Made by a program: the position numbers and the translations under genes | Notes under the pieces: model-generated | Databases searched by the model: none | What the model saw: only the letters and a program-made list of their open reading frames with translations | What the model was told of the DNA's origin: nothing | Origin: Marsupella aquatica | Lineage: Eukaryota > Plantae > Marchantiophyta | Assembly (NCBI GenBank): GCA_973895155.1 | Contig: OZ316893.1 | Location: 18,790,857 to 18,854,856 of the forward strand | Reading direction: 5' to 3' | Length of the DNA: 64,000 nucleotides | In this document: in pieces, positions 35,701 to 48,028 of the stretch | Numbering within the stretch: position 1 is the stretch's first letter | Layout: each line of letters opens with the position of its first letter

Positions 35701-38700
35701 TATGGCATGTCCCCATGCTGAGACGGGGAGTTTCGACTGCATTAGTAGTGGGCGTGCAATCAGCTGAAGGCGTTTAATGACAGCTTCAACTAATCCATTC
35801 TAGAAATGCACGTGGGGTACAGGATATTGTACATCGATACCTAGTGATGTACAGAAGTCATCAAATGTTTTGGATGTGAATTCCCCTGCATTGTCAACCC
35901 TTAGTGTCTTAATGGGGTGATTGGGAAATTGTGTCTTCATGCACAAGATTTGCGCCAAGATGCAAGGCATAACCATGTTCCGCATCGAAAGCAGGGTCAC
36001 ATTTGACCATTTGGTTGATGCATCGATCAGTACCATAAAGTAGCTGAATGGTCCGCTCGGTGGGTTATTTGGCCCGCAGACATCCGCATGTATGATGTCC
36101 AAGAATTTTGGTATCTTGGTTGGCAATTTTGATGTCGTGGGCCTTGTTATTAGTTTGCCGCATGAGCATGCGGTGCATGGAGTGCTAGCTGGAATGTGGC
36201 GTATGTTAGTTGGAATGCCTCGTGAATTCTTAATAAGTTTGCTTAGCATGGATTGATCGGGGTGGCCAAGGCGTGCATGCCAAAGCGCGGGCAATTCACT
36301 TGGTTGTGCATTGTTATGCAAATATTCAATTTGAGTTACATAAAACCCGCATGGGTACAAGAAAAGAGTCTCTTTAATGATTTTCCCCATAGGGGTATTT
36401 TCAACCAAATGGATTATTTCCTGGTCTTTTGTATCGCCTGTTTGGACGTGGAGTCCATTTGCTCGTATATCCCTAAAGCTTAGAAGATGACGGGTTGCAT
36501 TCGGGGCGAAGATAGCTGATTCTATCTGGATTTCTGTACCCTACGGAAGTTGAATAGAAGCTAGGCCGAAGCCCTCTTCTATCTGGCTAGGACCATTGAT
36601 AGTGGTCAGTGATCTACTTGAAGGTGTGATCTTGTGGAAAAGAGTTCTATCCTGAAGGATAGTATGAGTAGTCGCGCTATCAATAATGCATGTGCTGGGA
36701 CTATTTAGGTCCGGGGTTGTGGAGCTACTTGCCACTAAATATGCCTCGGGTTGTGCAGGTGTGTCTGAAAAATCTTGAAATAAGTCTCTGGATTCCATAA
36801 ACGCCCCGTGGGTCTCACGGGGTGGTGCCCTAGGGTTTTGGCCATCTTTTAGGGATTGTTGGTATAAATCTCTAAGGTACTGTGGAATCCTACAGTTGCG
36901 GGCCAGATGGTTGGTCATGCCACATTCGTGGCATCTTGGTCGTTCTCGCTATGGTCGAGGTTGAGGCCGATCACTTCGGCGGTCATTCTGGTATCTCCTT
37001 CCACCTCGGCCGCGTGTGACGTTGTTGCAAAAACTCTGTTGTTGTGGGCGCCCATTTGGGCGATCTCTAAAGGCCTGTCGAAAGGTGCCGCATTGCTGGT
37101 GTTGGTTGAAGAAACTCCCCCTGTTGAGGGTGTTTCTCCTATTACCATTCTTGGTGCGCTTGTCATCCTACCTTGATGTGGAGGGTCCAGCATTGTCGAT
37201 GTGATGGGTTTCTCTCTCTGGTCCTGGGGGTAGTGTGCCCGCAGGACGTTTCCTAGAGTTAACTAAAAGGAGCTCTTGGTTCCTTTCTGTTACTAGGAGG
37301 TGGGCGATGAGCTCTGAATATTGTCCGAACTTCATGTTCCGGTACTGGGTTGATAGTAGTACGTTCGAAGAGTGGAACGTGGACAAGGTTTTTTCTAGCA
37401 AGTCCTTGTCTGCAACTGGCTTGCCACAGAGTGCAAGGGTTGAGGTGATTCTGAATAGCTCACTATTGTAGGTTGAGATGATGTAAAATCTTGGACCTAT
37501 AAGTTTAGCCATTCTTGGCGGGCTCTAGGTAGTTCGACTAATTTTTGGTGGTCGAATCGGGTCTTAAGCGTTGTCCATAGCTCGCGAGGGGTGGTTAGGT
37601 GCATGTACTGTCTTTGCAAGAACCTATGGATATGGCGTCAAAGAAATACTAGGGCCTTTGATTCATTGGCCTTGGTTAACAGGTCTGGTTGGGGTTCGTC
37701 TGCTAGTATGGGTTGAGCTATCCCTATAGCCGGGAGTAGGGTTAAAGAGGTCAGGTTCTCCTTGAGGTTCATGGACCACTCGAGGTAATTGTTACCATCA
37801 ATTTCTAAAGTTGGGAAAGTCAATTTCTCCAGGTTGGCCATCTAGGGTTGCTATGGCATTATTTTCTAAGCTCCTTTTTGATAGTATTTAGGGCTTATAG
37901 AGTAATAGCCATAAATAAAAGTCGACAAAGCATATTTATGCGGCATGCAAAGTGGGACTTGGTGTAGAGAGCATGCAAATTTGGAATGCAGTTTTATGGT
38001 TTGCACTTAGGATTTAGGTTTTCCTTGTTATTTGGTTAACTACAAAGTTTTCTTTGTATGTGTTGTTTCCTTTGTTAAATTATGCAGTAATGGATTTTTG
38101 CAGTTTGTGCAGTTATGGGTGATTAGTGCACATGTGGCTTTGTAAAGTTAAGTTTCCTTTGTTATAGTGTGCATTTATGAAGGGATGCACTTAAGTTGTT
38201 AAGTGCACATGAATACACAGAAAACAGGATTGCCTTGTTGAAATTTTCACTTAAGGAGGGTGAAGCGGTTAGGGGATTTATCTCAACATTTTGTCGATGG
38301 GTTGTTTAGCAATGTTGTTCTTTCCCTTCGAACAGCCCCGTTCTCGCCTCCTTGCCTCGTCCTTCAGGTGTTGTTTTGAATCTCGGTCAATTGGCTCTCC
38401 TTGGATTCTTCAACTTGCTTTTTGTGTTTCTGTTCGCAATCTGCTTCCTATCTACTTCTATTTCTCTTAGTCTTCTTCGACAAGATCTCAAGTTTTGTTC
38501 ATGCAGCCCTTTTCAACAACGAAATATGCATGGGGATCCTTCTCATCAAGCAGCCCCGGATCCCTTGTCTAACCGATCCTTTCTTTTCTGCTCTCTTGTT
38601 CTTTGTGTTCTCTATGTCCTTATCAATTGTTGATCTCACGAGCTACACTCCGATGAGGAAAAGCTCAATGTCATTCGGATATCTGGTTCAATTTTGCTTG

Positions 38701-39398
38701 AGTGATCAATTTCCTCTCTATTTGCGTATCTTCGTCCATCTGAGCTGCGTTCTCTGGTTCTTGTTTCAATAGGTCTACTTCTTCTGTGTTTAGAGTCTAC
38801 TTCTCAATTGCTTACAAACTCGATTTGCTCTCGAACTCGATTGATTGATCGTTCCTTCTATTTGATTGATTTGTTCTCGGGAGGAATCGTCTTCTGATGG
38901 TCTGCAATCTGATTGAAAGAGTCTATCCGTGGGTGACTCTCCATATGCGGTAGAATGATAACTCTGTTGTAGATTTCTCATTTCACCTGCAAACTCTTTG
39001 TACATCGCCCTGGATAACCGAATCTCGAGTCGGACAGTGGAGAGTCCGTGATTGTAACAAATTGCTTTGAATCTTCATAATGAATTTAATCCAATCACCT
39101 CAATCTTAATTCACCTTCCTCAGTTCCTGAAATTCATTATCGGAGGATAAGTGTTGGACATCTCCTTGGTGAGCCAACTTTGACGGACCTGGCTCGGTGC
39201 TCCCTTTTTTCAGTCACTGGTATTTCTCTTCTCTCTTGTGCCATAGCTTTTCGCTCTCCTGTGCTCTAAGCTGGGTGAGTCATGCTGATAACGTATGATA
39301 GGATAATGAATAGTAACTATCAATAGAATGAGTAGGGTCATGGTACATATAGGTGTGTCGGGTGACCGGTTGGTACGGTCAATGGGTAGAGTCTAACA
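32785..39398 (-). mobile_element. Decayed Bianca-like Ty1/Copia LTR retrotransposon (Copia B)
   Basis: 105-bp LTRs at 32785-32889 and 39294-39398 with 3 mismatches. TSD GGAGC at 32780-32784 and 39399-39403. PBS cgttatcagcatg on the minus strand; PPT aaggggaaa. Confidence 0.95.
33188..37841 (-). pseudogene. Copia B gag-pol, fragmented by stops and frameshifts
   Basis: Fragments homologous to Copia A: LEKLTFPTLEIDGNNY, IIDSATTH, HADVCGP, RVDNAGEF, KARLVGKG, IYVND, SSNHSE, DLFTK. Confidence 0.93.
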
Positions 39399-40308
39399 GG
39401 AGCATGATTGTTTCATAGTATCAGTGTGTACCCTCATTCACTTTATCTATCCTAAGTGAGTGTATATACTGAAATCACTTAGAGCATGAATGGCATTTTC
39501 TATTCCAAGGTTAACTTTGTACTATGATCCATTGAACTGTTGGGCCTGTAGACTTTAGTTTCCATCTTCGCATGTTAAAAAAACTACTCTCGCAATTTGT
39601 CAAATAGGCAGCTCTATTTCTCTTCTATTCCTAACACATCAAGATTTGTGCTCCTTCTATGAGAAATCCTCTATCTCTCATGTACTTAAGGCTTGCTACA
39701 CAAGTCTTACAAAGTCCTTTAGTTGGTCCAAAAAGACAGCTGGTATTGTAGGTCGTTCCATAGGAGAATAGGCTATTGTCATGTATGCTATAATTCAACG
39801 GCAATTAAGACAAAGGTGCGCAAAAGCAATGTGGCTCATATGTGGTTTGTACACAATCACTCAATTTATTTAATGTGCAAGCTGGACTTTAGCTTTGTAC
39901 AGTGCATCCAGTACCCACAGGATACAAAATTGATTGATTGTAACTAATCCAAGCAGAAATAGAAAGAACCACACTGAACTATTGGGCCTGTAGAAAAATC
40001 TGGCCACAAAATCTGCATGCAAAAACACTACTGCAAAAACTGCAGCTTCGTCTCTACAAAAACGTTCTCCTCGGATCAACTCATTCCTAATCTAAAACCG
40101 CATGCAGAAACACTACTGCAAAAATTGCAAAAACTGCAGCTCTATCTCTACAAGTCCCAAAACATTCTCCTAAGATGACCTCATTCCTAATCTAAACCTT
40201 GATGACGAAGTGCAACTAAAATACCCTCCATTTGGTCCAAAAGGACAGATCCTCTTGGTACGAGGGATTGTTCCACATTGGTGGACCTTGGGTGGGACCT
40301 AGCTAGTG

Positions 40309-40809
40309 TCACACTAGCAGGCCAGGGGACCCAATATGGGTAGGAACCCCTAGGACAGACTCAATTTCCACTGACAGTACCCCATCTTTTACAGTCAAGG
40401 CAGCCGAGCACCTCCAACAGTGCAAGGCAACAGCCCGGACGTAGTCCAACTGCTCCTGTTCAGTGCAAGTTCGTAGGTCTGAAGCTCCTAGCCCCAACCA
40501 GACTGAAGCGCTATCCCGAATCTTAGCACGAATGGGGGTTGCCTGCCCGAATACCGCATCAACAATGACAACATCAAAACCATATGTATCAACACCCTCC
40601 CCTGGATGGCCACACACCTGCCGGCCAAGCTCCTTTGATGAGCCACAAATGCCTCCATGTCCTAGCCGATGTGAGCACGCTTTGTAAATAAAGCGTCGAG
40701 GATGGGGGAAGGTAGAATGAAAGTTCACAACATGAACCACAACATCTTGAAATTTAGCAGGCTGCCCTGCTTCCACAACCTACTCGACTTCTATCACAGG
40801 AGTCCCCAT
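40309..40809 (-). pseudogene. RPA70C-like OB-fold gene, copy 2 (premature TAG at codon 10)
   Basis: Clear paralogue of 24648-25142 (DVVVHVVNF..FPHP.RF.YK.C.H.LG.GG.CG.SKELG..VCGH). ATG at 40809 follows an acceptor at 40830-40831. Confidence 0.6.
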
Positions 40810-40959
40810 TCTTGTGCGTCAACAAAATCCTGCAAAACTACAAGTCCAATACTCAAATTAATACTCAAGGATTCCAGATGGATATTCAATGACGATGCCT
40901 TGCATACAAAACATAACAGACAATCAACTATGTAGTGCCTGGTAGTTCACAAATCCTCA

Positions 40960-41320
40960 AGGTGTAACTACACTGAATAATACTCAAAGGTATTACACTA
41001 ATACTTGAGGGTATTCAAAACAATACTCCAAGGTGTTGACATAATACCCCAAGGTATTGACATAATACCCCAGGGTATTGGGTTAATACCCCAGGGTATT
41101 GGTATAATACCCCAAGGTATTGATATAATACTCTACGGTATTGGCATAATACTCTGAGGTATTGACATAACTCTTGAAGGTATTGTGATAACACCGCGCG
41201 TAATTGACTATACCTGAAACTCTTACAATAACACCTTATTGTATTAGACCAATACCCAAAGGTATTAAACTAATACTTTGGTATTAAAGTAATAGTCACA
41301 GGTACTAGGTAGATACTCTA
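40960..41320. repeat. About 21-bp period AATACC-N4-GGTATT palindrome array, copy 2
   Basis: ataataccccaaggtattgacataataccccagggtattgggttaataccccagggtattgg. Confidence 0.9.
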
Positions 41321-41640
41321 TCCTGTCATGAAATCACAGCTAGGTCCTAATTACCTCAGTCTGGTCGTGTAAAGTGAGTATTCAAATCTAAATACTCACA
41401 TTGATGTGCATGTATGAAATGAGTGAACCCTAAACCAAATGAAGAGCCTGAGAATACATAGGAATTCACTACAGGATTACATAGGAATTCACTAAATAAA
41501 GGATGAGCAATAGGAGAGTGAAAATTTACCATTGATGCATCCACATTGGGTATTTAGATTGACATCTAGCGTTCATGAATGCTCAGAGGCAGACAACAAT
41601 GTCAACATAGTAGTGAGTCCTATTTAAATTCCCCAGCCTC

Positions 41641-42518
41641 GAGAGCTTATAAGATGATCAGGACTGAATGCAGCGACACCCCCAGTCTGAACAGAACTTG
41701 GGGGATTTCCAAGACAGCGGGGGAGTGGAATGTAGGATGGACTGGTATATGGAGATCTGGGTTGACTATGAGGGCTAAGACTTTTCTGTGGAGGATAATT
41801 GCATCTGGTCTGTATACTGGAGTGAGGGCGATAAAGATAGGTAAAGGAACTGGTGAGTGCAAGCTGTGTCCTGGGATTCTAGAAACCATTCCCCACCTCT
41901 TCATTGACTGTGCACATGCACAGAAATGCTGGGCTTTATGTGCGGGATGTTTTGATGGTGCATTTGCGGATCGCTTTGGAGGCCTGATTGGGATGCTTGA
42001 CTCTGCTTTCGGAAAGAACCCATGTAAAGTAGCAAAATTGTTTATGCTATACCAGATCCTCTGGACGCTGTGGAATGGCAGGAACGAGCACATGTTCAAG
42101 ATAGAGGGAACCAGAAAGCTGGACCTGCGCTTTATGCTCTCTGAAGTGGCGGACCATGTCTCTGCTGTGATACTCACCTTACCGGCTTGTAATAGAAGAA
42201 CGAGGCTACTTAGGGCCAAGGAGATGGTAAATAGGGAAAGGGTGCTATGGATTAACCGGAGGGATATCTGGATCACTTCAGGTTAGAAGTTGAGTTTGTT
42301 TGAGGTTGATGTTTTGTAGATGATGAGGGTTCTGTCTATCAAGGGTACTTGGATAGGTTGATGGGCTGCCCCTGGATGCACTCTGGGACTTGAGACACTT
42401 GCACTGATGGCTGTTTGGAATACTGGTGTCCCCTTTGCTGATGCTTCTAACTTCTGATTGTTCCCCTTGCTGCGGGGCTTTCGTGGCTCAAATTTATAAA
42501 ATTAAAATGGAGTTAAGG
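41641..42518 (+). mobile_element. 5'-truncated L1-type LINE (zf-RVT C-terminus and 3' UTR)
   Basis: KTFLWRI...CKLC...ETIPHLFIDC.HA..W zinc motif. 15-bp TSD aaattccccagcctc at 41626-41640 and 42519-42533. Absent from copy 1. Confidence 0.88.
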
Positions 42519-42538
42519 AAATTCCCCAGCCTCACCTA

Positions 42539-44664
42539 TTACAACTTCCTAGCTGATCCACGACCTCTTCCTTGTCCTTTTATAGATGGTTTAACCTTTT
42601 CAACAGACTTTAAGGCAACATTATCGCCCTTGTCATGAGCAGGATCCAATCCTAGACTGATACCAACACCCCTTAACTTCCCCTTAGCTTGAGAGGAGGT
42701 TGTGCAATTCTTCTCCTTGGCCTTTCGCTTTTTGCTACTCCCCTTACAAGACTCAGAGCCAGGCTTAGAGTCATTAGAGACATTCTCCACTTGAGTGACC
42801 GAACCAGGTTCTGGAGCAACCCCCTTTTTGACCTTTACAATTGAGAGATTCACCTCGCCCTTGGACTCCGGGGCTGAAGTTTGTGTTTGAACTCCAGTAG
42901 GAACTGACTTGTCAACTTTCGAGACCCCCAACAACTCGTGGTGTACATGCGTAGCTTTACCAACAGCCTCATGATATTCGATAAACTTCTTCACACTTTC
43001 CTGCAGCGCAAAACCAAATCCCACAATTAGCAATTGACCAATATCTCCGCTAATACCAATGTACACCAAAGTAGATCATACTATGCCAACAACTTGAGTG
43101 GTCACCAGGTTTAGTGATGTACCTTTGAATATAACTTGGTGACTTTCTTGTGCCTCAAGGCTTGATTCTCCCTCCTTCCCTTTAAATTCAAGGCATTCTC
43201 GCCGTGGGGTTTTTGCAGCTTATTTTATTTTATAAAAACCCCCCTTTCAAGGAAATTCAAGGCATTCTCGCAATATAGATCACTAAGGCTCTTCTGAAAA
43301 GAGGTAGATTGTTCTCCCAAACCCCAATCATCTGCTAGCTTCACTACATCTGGATGGTCCACTCGGGATGAACCCCAGAATTCAGCCAGGCTGGATGAAA
43401 CACTTTAGCATAGGCTAAACACTTAGGACCTCGCAACCCTTCGCAAAGTGCCTGCACATGCAAGTCCCAGCCAGCACAACAAACTTTAATGCACAACGGA
43501 TTGTTATAAGCAACTTCAAATGACATTTACCTCATCTTCAGATTGCTCTTTGTTAGGATCTTGCAGCAGTTGCAGATCCTTAGATACTTGAGCTTGCTCT
43601 TTGACCTTATCATGGATGCGTCGCTGTAGGTCGTGAATGAGATCACTGAGTTCATTCTTTTGCACTTTCAACCCTGACAATGTCGTTTGAATTGAGTTGA
43701 TTCAATCAGTAGCCTCATTCTGAGCTGCTCTGAATTGAATGGCATCTTGTGTCAACTTCTGCATTTTGGGGCCAAGCTCTGCAAGACTAGCCTCCACTAC
43801 CTCCAACATCGTTTCAAGAAGTGTATTCTTCTGGTGCGGAACTGGTGTGCCAGTAGTGACTCTAGTGCAAAGTTTTTTTGTTTGAGCTTGTGGCGAACCT
43901 ATGAAACTATTACCTGGTGATATTTCATGATTTGGACCACCTACCTGACATAGGGACTCACCTTGATCTTTCTCATTTACCTCTAATCCTAAGACTGTAA
44001 CTGGCAATATCGCATCTTGCTGCGATTGGTTCATGTTTAGCGGGAGGTTCTGACCACTCAAATCAGAACCCAGGGCTAGGTTAGCCGGTTTCTCCTCCGT
44101 AGGTGATTGACAATGTGCTCCACTTGCAACGGACTGTATTCTATTGAAGAGGTCTAGAGGAGGGATATACTTTGTCTCAATCCTCTTCCACGGTGGCGAG
44201 TTTCTATCAATTGGAGACTTCCTTACAAACCTCAACCAAAGCTGCCCTCTACGCTTGTCTGCACCACAAGCTGCCCAATTCACAGGTTTTTTTAAGATCC
44301 ACTCATAGTACAGACCTTTGGCAACCTCCACAGTGTATGGTTGAAACTTTCTGATTCCGTCCAGCGCAGAGGTAAGCATGGCGATGTCGTCGGCAGGAAT
44401 CCCCTTAATGCCATCCTTCTTGTAGCCGTTCTTCCCGGACTCGTTCCCAAAATATTCCTCCAACACCTCAGCGGACACTTCTTCATTTGTGAGCTCCTTC
44501 AGAATCCTTCCCACATTGGGCAAGCCAAGGACATTGTGGAAATGATCGACGTCCTTCACAAACTCATCAACTGTCCACTCTTCTGGTGAGGCGACCTTTA
44601 CAAGACTCTTACCATGGGACTTTGGTGGTAGCTCGTGAGACTTTCCAGGAATTTTAGAAGACAT
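42539..44664 (-). pseudogene. Coiled-coil cargo gene, copy 2; most of the RING exon is deleted
   Basis: Paralogue of 26011-28596 (SPEEWTVDEFVKDVDHFHNVLGLPNVGRI...). Junction near 43437 fuses QALCE directly to PKCLA. Confidence 0.7.
43203..43252 (+). mobile_element. 50-bp retroposed insertion (extreme 3' end of an L1-like element)
   Basis: 19-bp TSD aaattcaaggcattctcgc at 43184-43202 and 43253-43271; ends in aagg like the neighbouring LINE. Confidence 0.65.
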
Positions 44665-45637
44665 ACCTGTGCGCTGTGTAGTTTGAGTTCTCCCAGCTGA
44701 GCCTCGCTCCAAGGTTTGGCAACAAACTATTTGGGCGCAACCCGCACTATGCAACTCCGTTTGATCGAGTCACTTGAAAGCATGTTACTCCAGGCATGCT
44801 TAGAGTCCCCTGTATCTCCCTTGCGCCTGAATTAAGACACAAGAATGTGAGTTCATTGTCATCTCATTTGAAAAGATTGACTGTTTGCCTAATCTGTGAC
44901 CTAGATCATAAAAGACATTCAATAAACAAGTGGGGAATAAAGAAATTAAGGGATAATCGAAGCAACTTTCCAAGTGAAGACCAACCATGCAGCAATCTTT
45001 GAGTCCTCAACTTCCAAAATTGTAGCTCACATGCATTATCAACTCGTCTCCATTACGCAAACAAGAACGCAAAAAGTTCCAGCGATTCAAATGTGTGAAA
45101 AAAAACTTACTACGTACGCCACAATGCAATGTCCTTCCCTCCCCCTTTTCCTCCCCTGCTACCTAATCAAGGATCACAATGTTGCGGTCTTCTCCAACTG
45201 GCAGCAAATTGTGCAACATTCAAACGTGACTAGCTATGAATCGCAACTTTCATTCAACGTGATAAAGCGGAAATAGCGCAACAGAAAGGAAGTGAGCACT
45301 TTGACGCGCCCAGACGATGCTATGGTCTGGATCTTGCTTCCAGCATAAACGGTCAAGATCCAACAATGCTACTCCCTCAACCACCACCATTGATCTTCTT
45401 TGCCACCACGGCACGGTTCAGATTTGTTGACCTTTCAAATTTGAAATGGCAATCTTGAGGTTACGGTACTTAATGTCTTTTGGCCCTTCCTCCCTCCAAT
45501 GGGATTGTACTTGCAACAACCTCCTCCCTCATCATTACAAGACTTGTACTACTAATAGTACTATGAGCCTTGTGGTAGAGGGTATTAGGAGGGTATTATT
45601 TTGCTCAAATTAGACCCCCTTTAGCTCGCTTTTAGCC

Positions 45638-47591
45638 GCTAACGTTGAAAAACAAAGTGTTCGTGTGGACGCAGGATTGCGAGTTAGCATTCCTAGAACT
45701 TAAGTAGCTAATGATAACGCCGCCGGTTCTAAAGTTACTTGAGATGGGGAAGCCATTCGAGATTTGGACAGACGCAAGTGATTATGCCATTGGCGCCTAT
45801 CTTCACCAAGATGGGCATCCTGTGGCCTTTGAGTCATGTAAGTTGGAAAATCATTGGATCACACCGGAAAAGGAAATGTATGCAGTGATCTATGCGGTGA
45901 AGAAGTGGGAGATTTACCTTAAGAACAGTCTCAAAGTGGGTAATACACACAAATAGCTCGCCGACCGGGTACTTCAGTTCTAAGCCAAGACTGAACCCCA
46001 AGGAAATGCGCTGGCAAATGTTCTTGGCGGATTTTGATTTCGAAGTCCGTCACATTTTGGGGAAGACAAACACGGCAGTTGACGCATTATCGTGTAAGGA
46101 CCATCATCGTGTCAATGGGATCACGATGCTCGAATCCAAGTGGCCAAAGGTTCTGGCCGAGGCGTATGGGGATGACAGGTTAGCTAAGGAATGGCAAAGC
46201 AACAGGGGTAGCCAAGGCAAGGTAAGGCACGTTTTATTGGGGTTGGATACCGTGCATAATGTCCAATTATGGCAATACAAGCAAAGGTGTGTGTACATCC
46301 CAGAGTCCCTAAGGTTAGAGGTTCTGCAAAAGTACCACAACTTGCTCTAGGGAGGGCATGGCGGACAAGCTGCTACATATTGCAGCATGAAGCAATCAGT
46401 CCTTCGCCACGTGCAAAGTTGTTACTCGTGCCAAAAGAACCAAACGGTCTATAGGGCAAAAGGAGGAATTCTTCAACCCTTACCAGTAGCTACGGCTCCA
46501 TGGACTTCATTGTTGGGTTACCTGAGTCCCACGGCAGTAACTCCATCTTAACAATTGTGGATCATTTTTCCAAGATGGCGTATTTCTTGCCGACTATGAA
46601 AATAGTTTCGGCCCGAGAGGTTGCCGGTCTAGTGTTTGACCATGTCTTCCGACAGTGGGGATTGCCGTTGCATATCCTGTCTGACCGCGATACCAAGTTC
46701 ACAGGCCATTTTTGGAAGGCGTTGTTCCGGTTATCCGAAACGGACCTTACTAGGGGATTAGCGTATTATCACGAGACAGATGGCCAAATGGAACGGGTGA
46801 ATCATGGTATCGTGGAGGACTACTTGCGTCACATTGTGACGGCCAATCAAAAGGATTGGGCAAAGCACTTAACAATGGCCAAGTTTAGGTATAACTCGAC
46901 CAAGCATTCAGCGATGGGGTTTGTGCCATTTGTGTTGGCCACAAGGAGGACGCCAAGGGCACCCTCCTAGTTGATAAATCCGAAAGCTTGGCGGACGGAA
47001 AGCAAGGCTCCTTCTACGGATGATTTTATTTGAGAGTGGCGCCTAGTTGTGGAAGCGGCTACCAAGGGTATGACCCTTGCCCAAAGTTGGTACAAGGAGC
47101 AAGGGGATAAACATTGACGCCAGGTAAGCTTTGAAATTGGGGAGAACATCTGGTTGCAGTTGAGACTTGAACAATACCACGGGAACATAAGTAGGAAGCT
47201 GGCTCCTAGATATGCAGGGCCCTATCGCATCATACAATGGGCCCACAAGGATAATCTGGTTTTGGTGGTGTTGGAGACACCCAAGGAAATGGGCGTAGGC
47301 AAAAGCTATCATGTTAGCCGGCTCAAGAAATTTGTCAAAGACGATGATCCCAACCGGGATCAGGTCTTGTGTCCGGACGCCATGCTAGTGGAGGACGCTG
47401 AGGAGTTTGAGGTGGAGGCAATTCTGGACCACCGTTACAAACGCAAGTTGGGAAGGCAAACCTTAGAGTATTTGGTGAAGTGGGCTGGCTATGATCAGGC
47501 CGAGAGTACTTGGGAACCGAAAGAAAATTTGGGTAATGCCTCAGAGATCCTTGGAAGCTATCGTAAGCGAAGCGGCCTACCGCCGTTGTGA
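45638..47591 (+). pseudogene. Gypsy pol 3' part: RNase H, integrase, chromodomain
   Basis: TDASDYAIGA, EKEMYAVI, MDFIVGLP, VDHFSKMA, SDRDTKF, TDGQMERVN, KLAPRYAGPY, FEVEAILDHR...YLVKWAGY...TWEPKENL. Confidence 0.93.
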
Positions 47592-48028
47592 ATTGGTACA
47601 GGCAACTATAGCTACCTTTGTGAGTTGTATCCTAGTTTCACTCCTCCCGGCCTCTTGAGGATAAGGTTGGATTGCATGGGCGCTAGAGGTTGTTGGGCGG
47701 CCGATTTTCTTTTTACGAGTGGAAGTTGATGGTGCCCGCCTTACATCTATGGGCGGGCTGGTTCAAACCAAAGGGAAGTACCCCAAGGGGAGGACAATGG
47801 GTCCGACGAGTTTGGAGTTAGCTTAACCGCTTGGATTGGCATCCTACTTGGATACGTGGGATAGGTTGGAATTTCCTAAGTCCGGAATGCACATACCAAC
47901 CTGGTTTGCATCAGCCTTATAGGCAAACCATTTGTTACCTCATAAAATTTTTTAAACCTAAAGTGGTCTAGGCGTGCTGGAACATTTATTGAGGTCACGT
48001 GGACGTGACCATTTTTAAGGGGGGTGCA

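Larger units (their letters stand above)
29856..45637. mobile_element. Large Sola2-like DNA transposon, copy 2 (right part including 3' transposase), inserted in Gypsy pol
   Basis: Transposase 3' half, then AATAC array, then a region homologous to copy 1, ending in the same terminal sequence at 45592-45637, abutting Gypsy RT codons (PLTLKNKVFVW). Confidence 0.6.

Noticed and set aside
23397-45637. Simple tandem segmental duplication
   Set aside because: The copies are substantially diverged, and both stop at the same terminal motif against different interrupted hosts.
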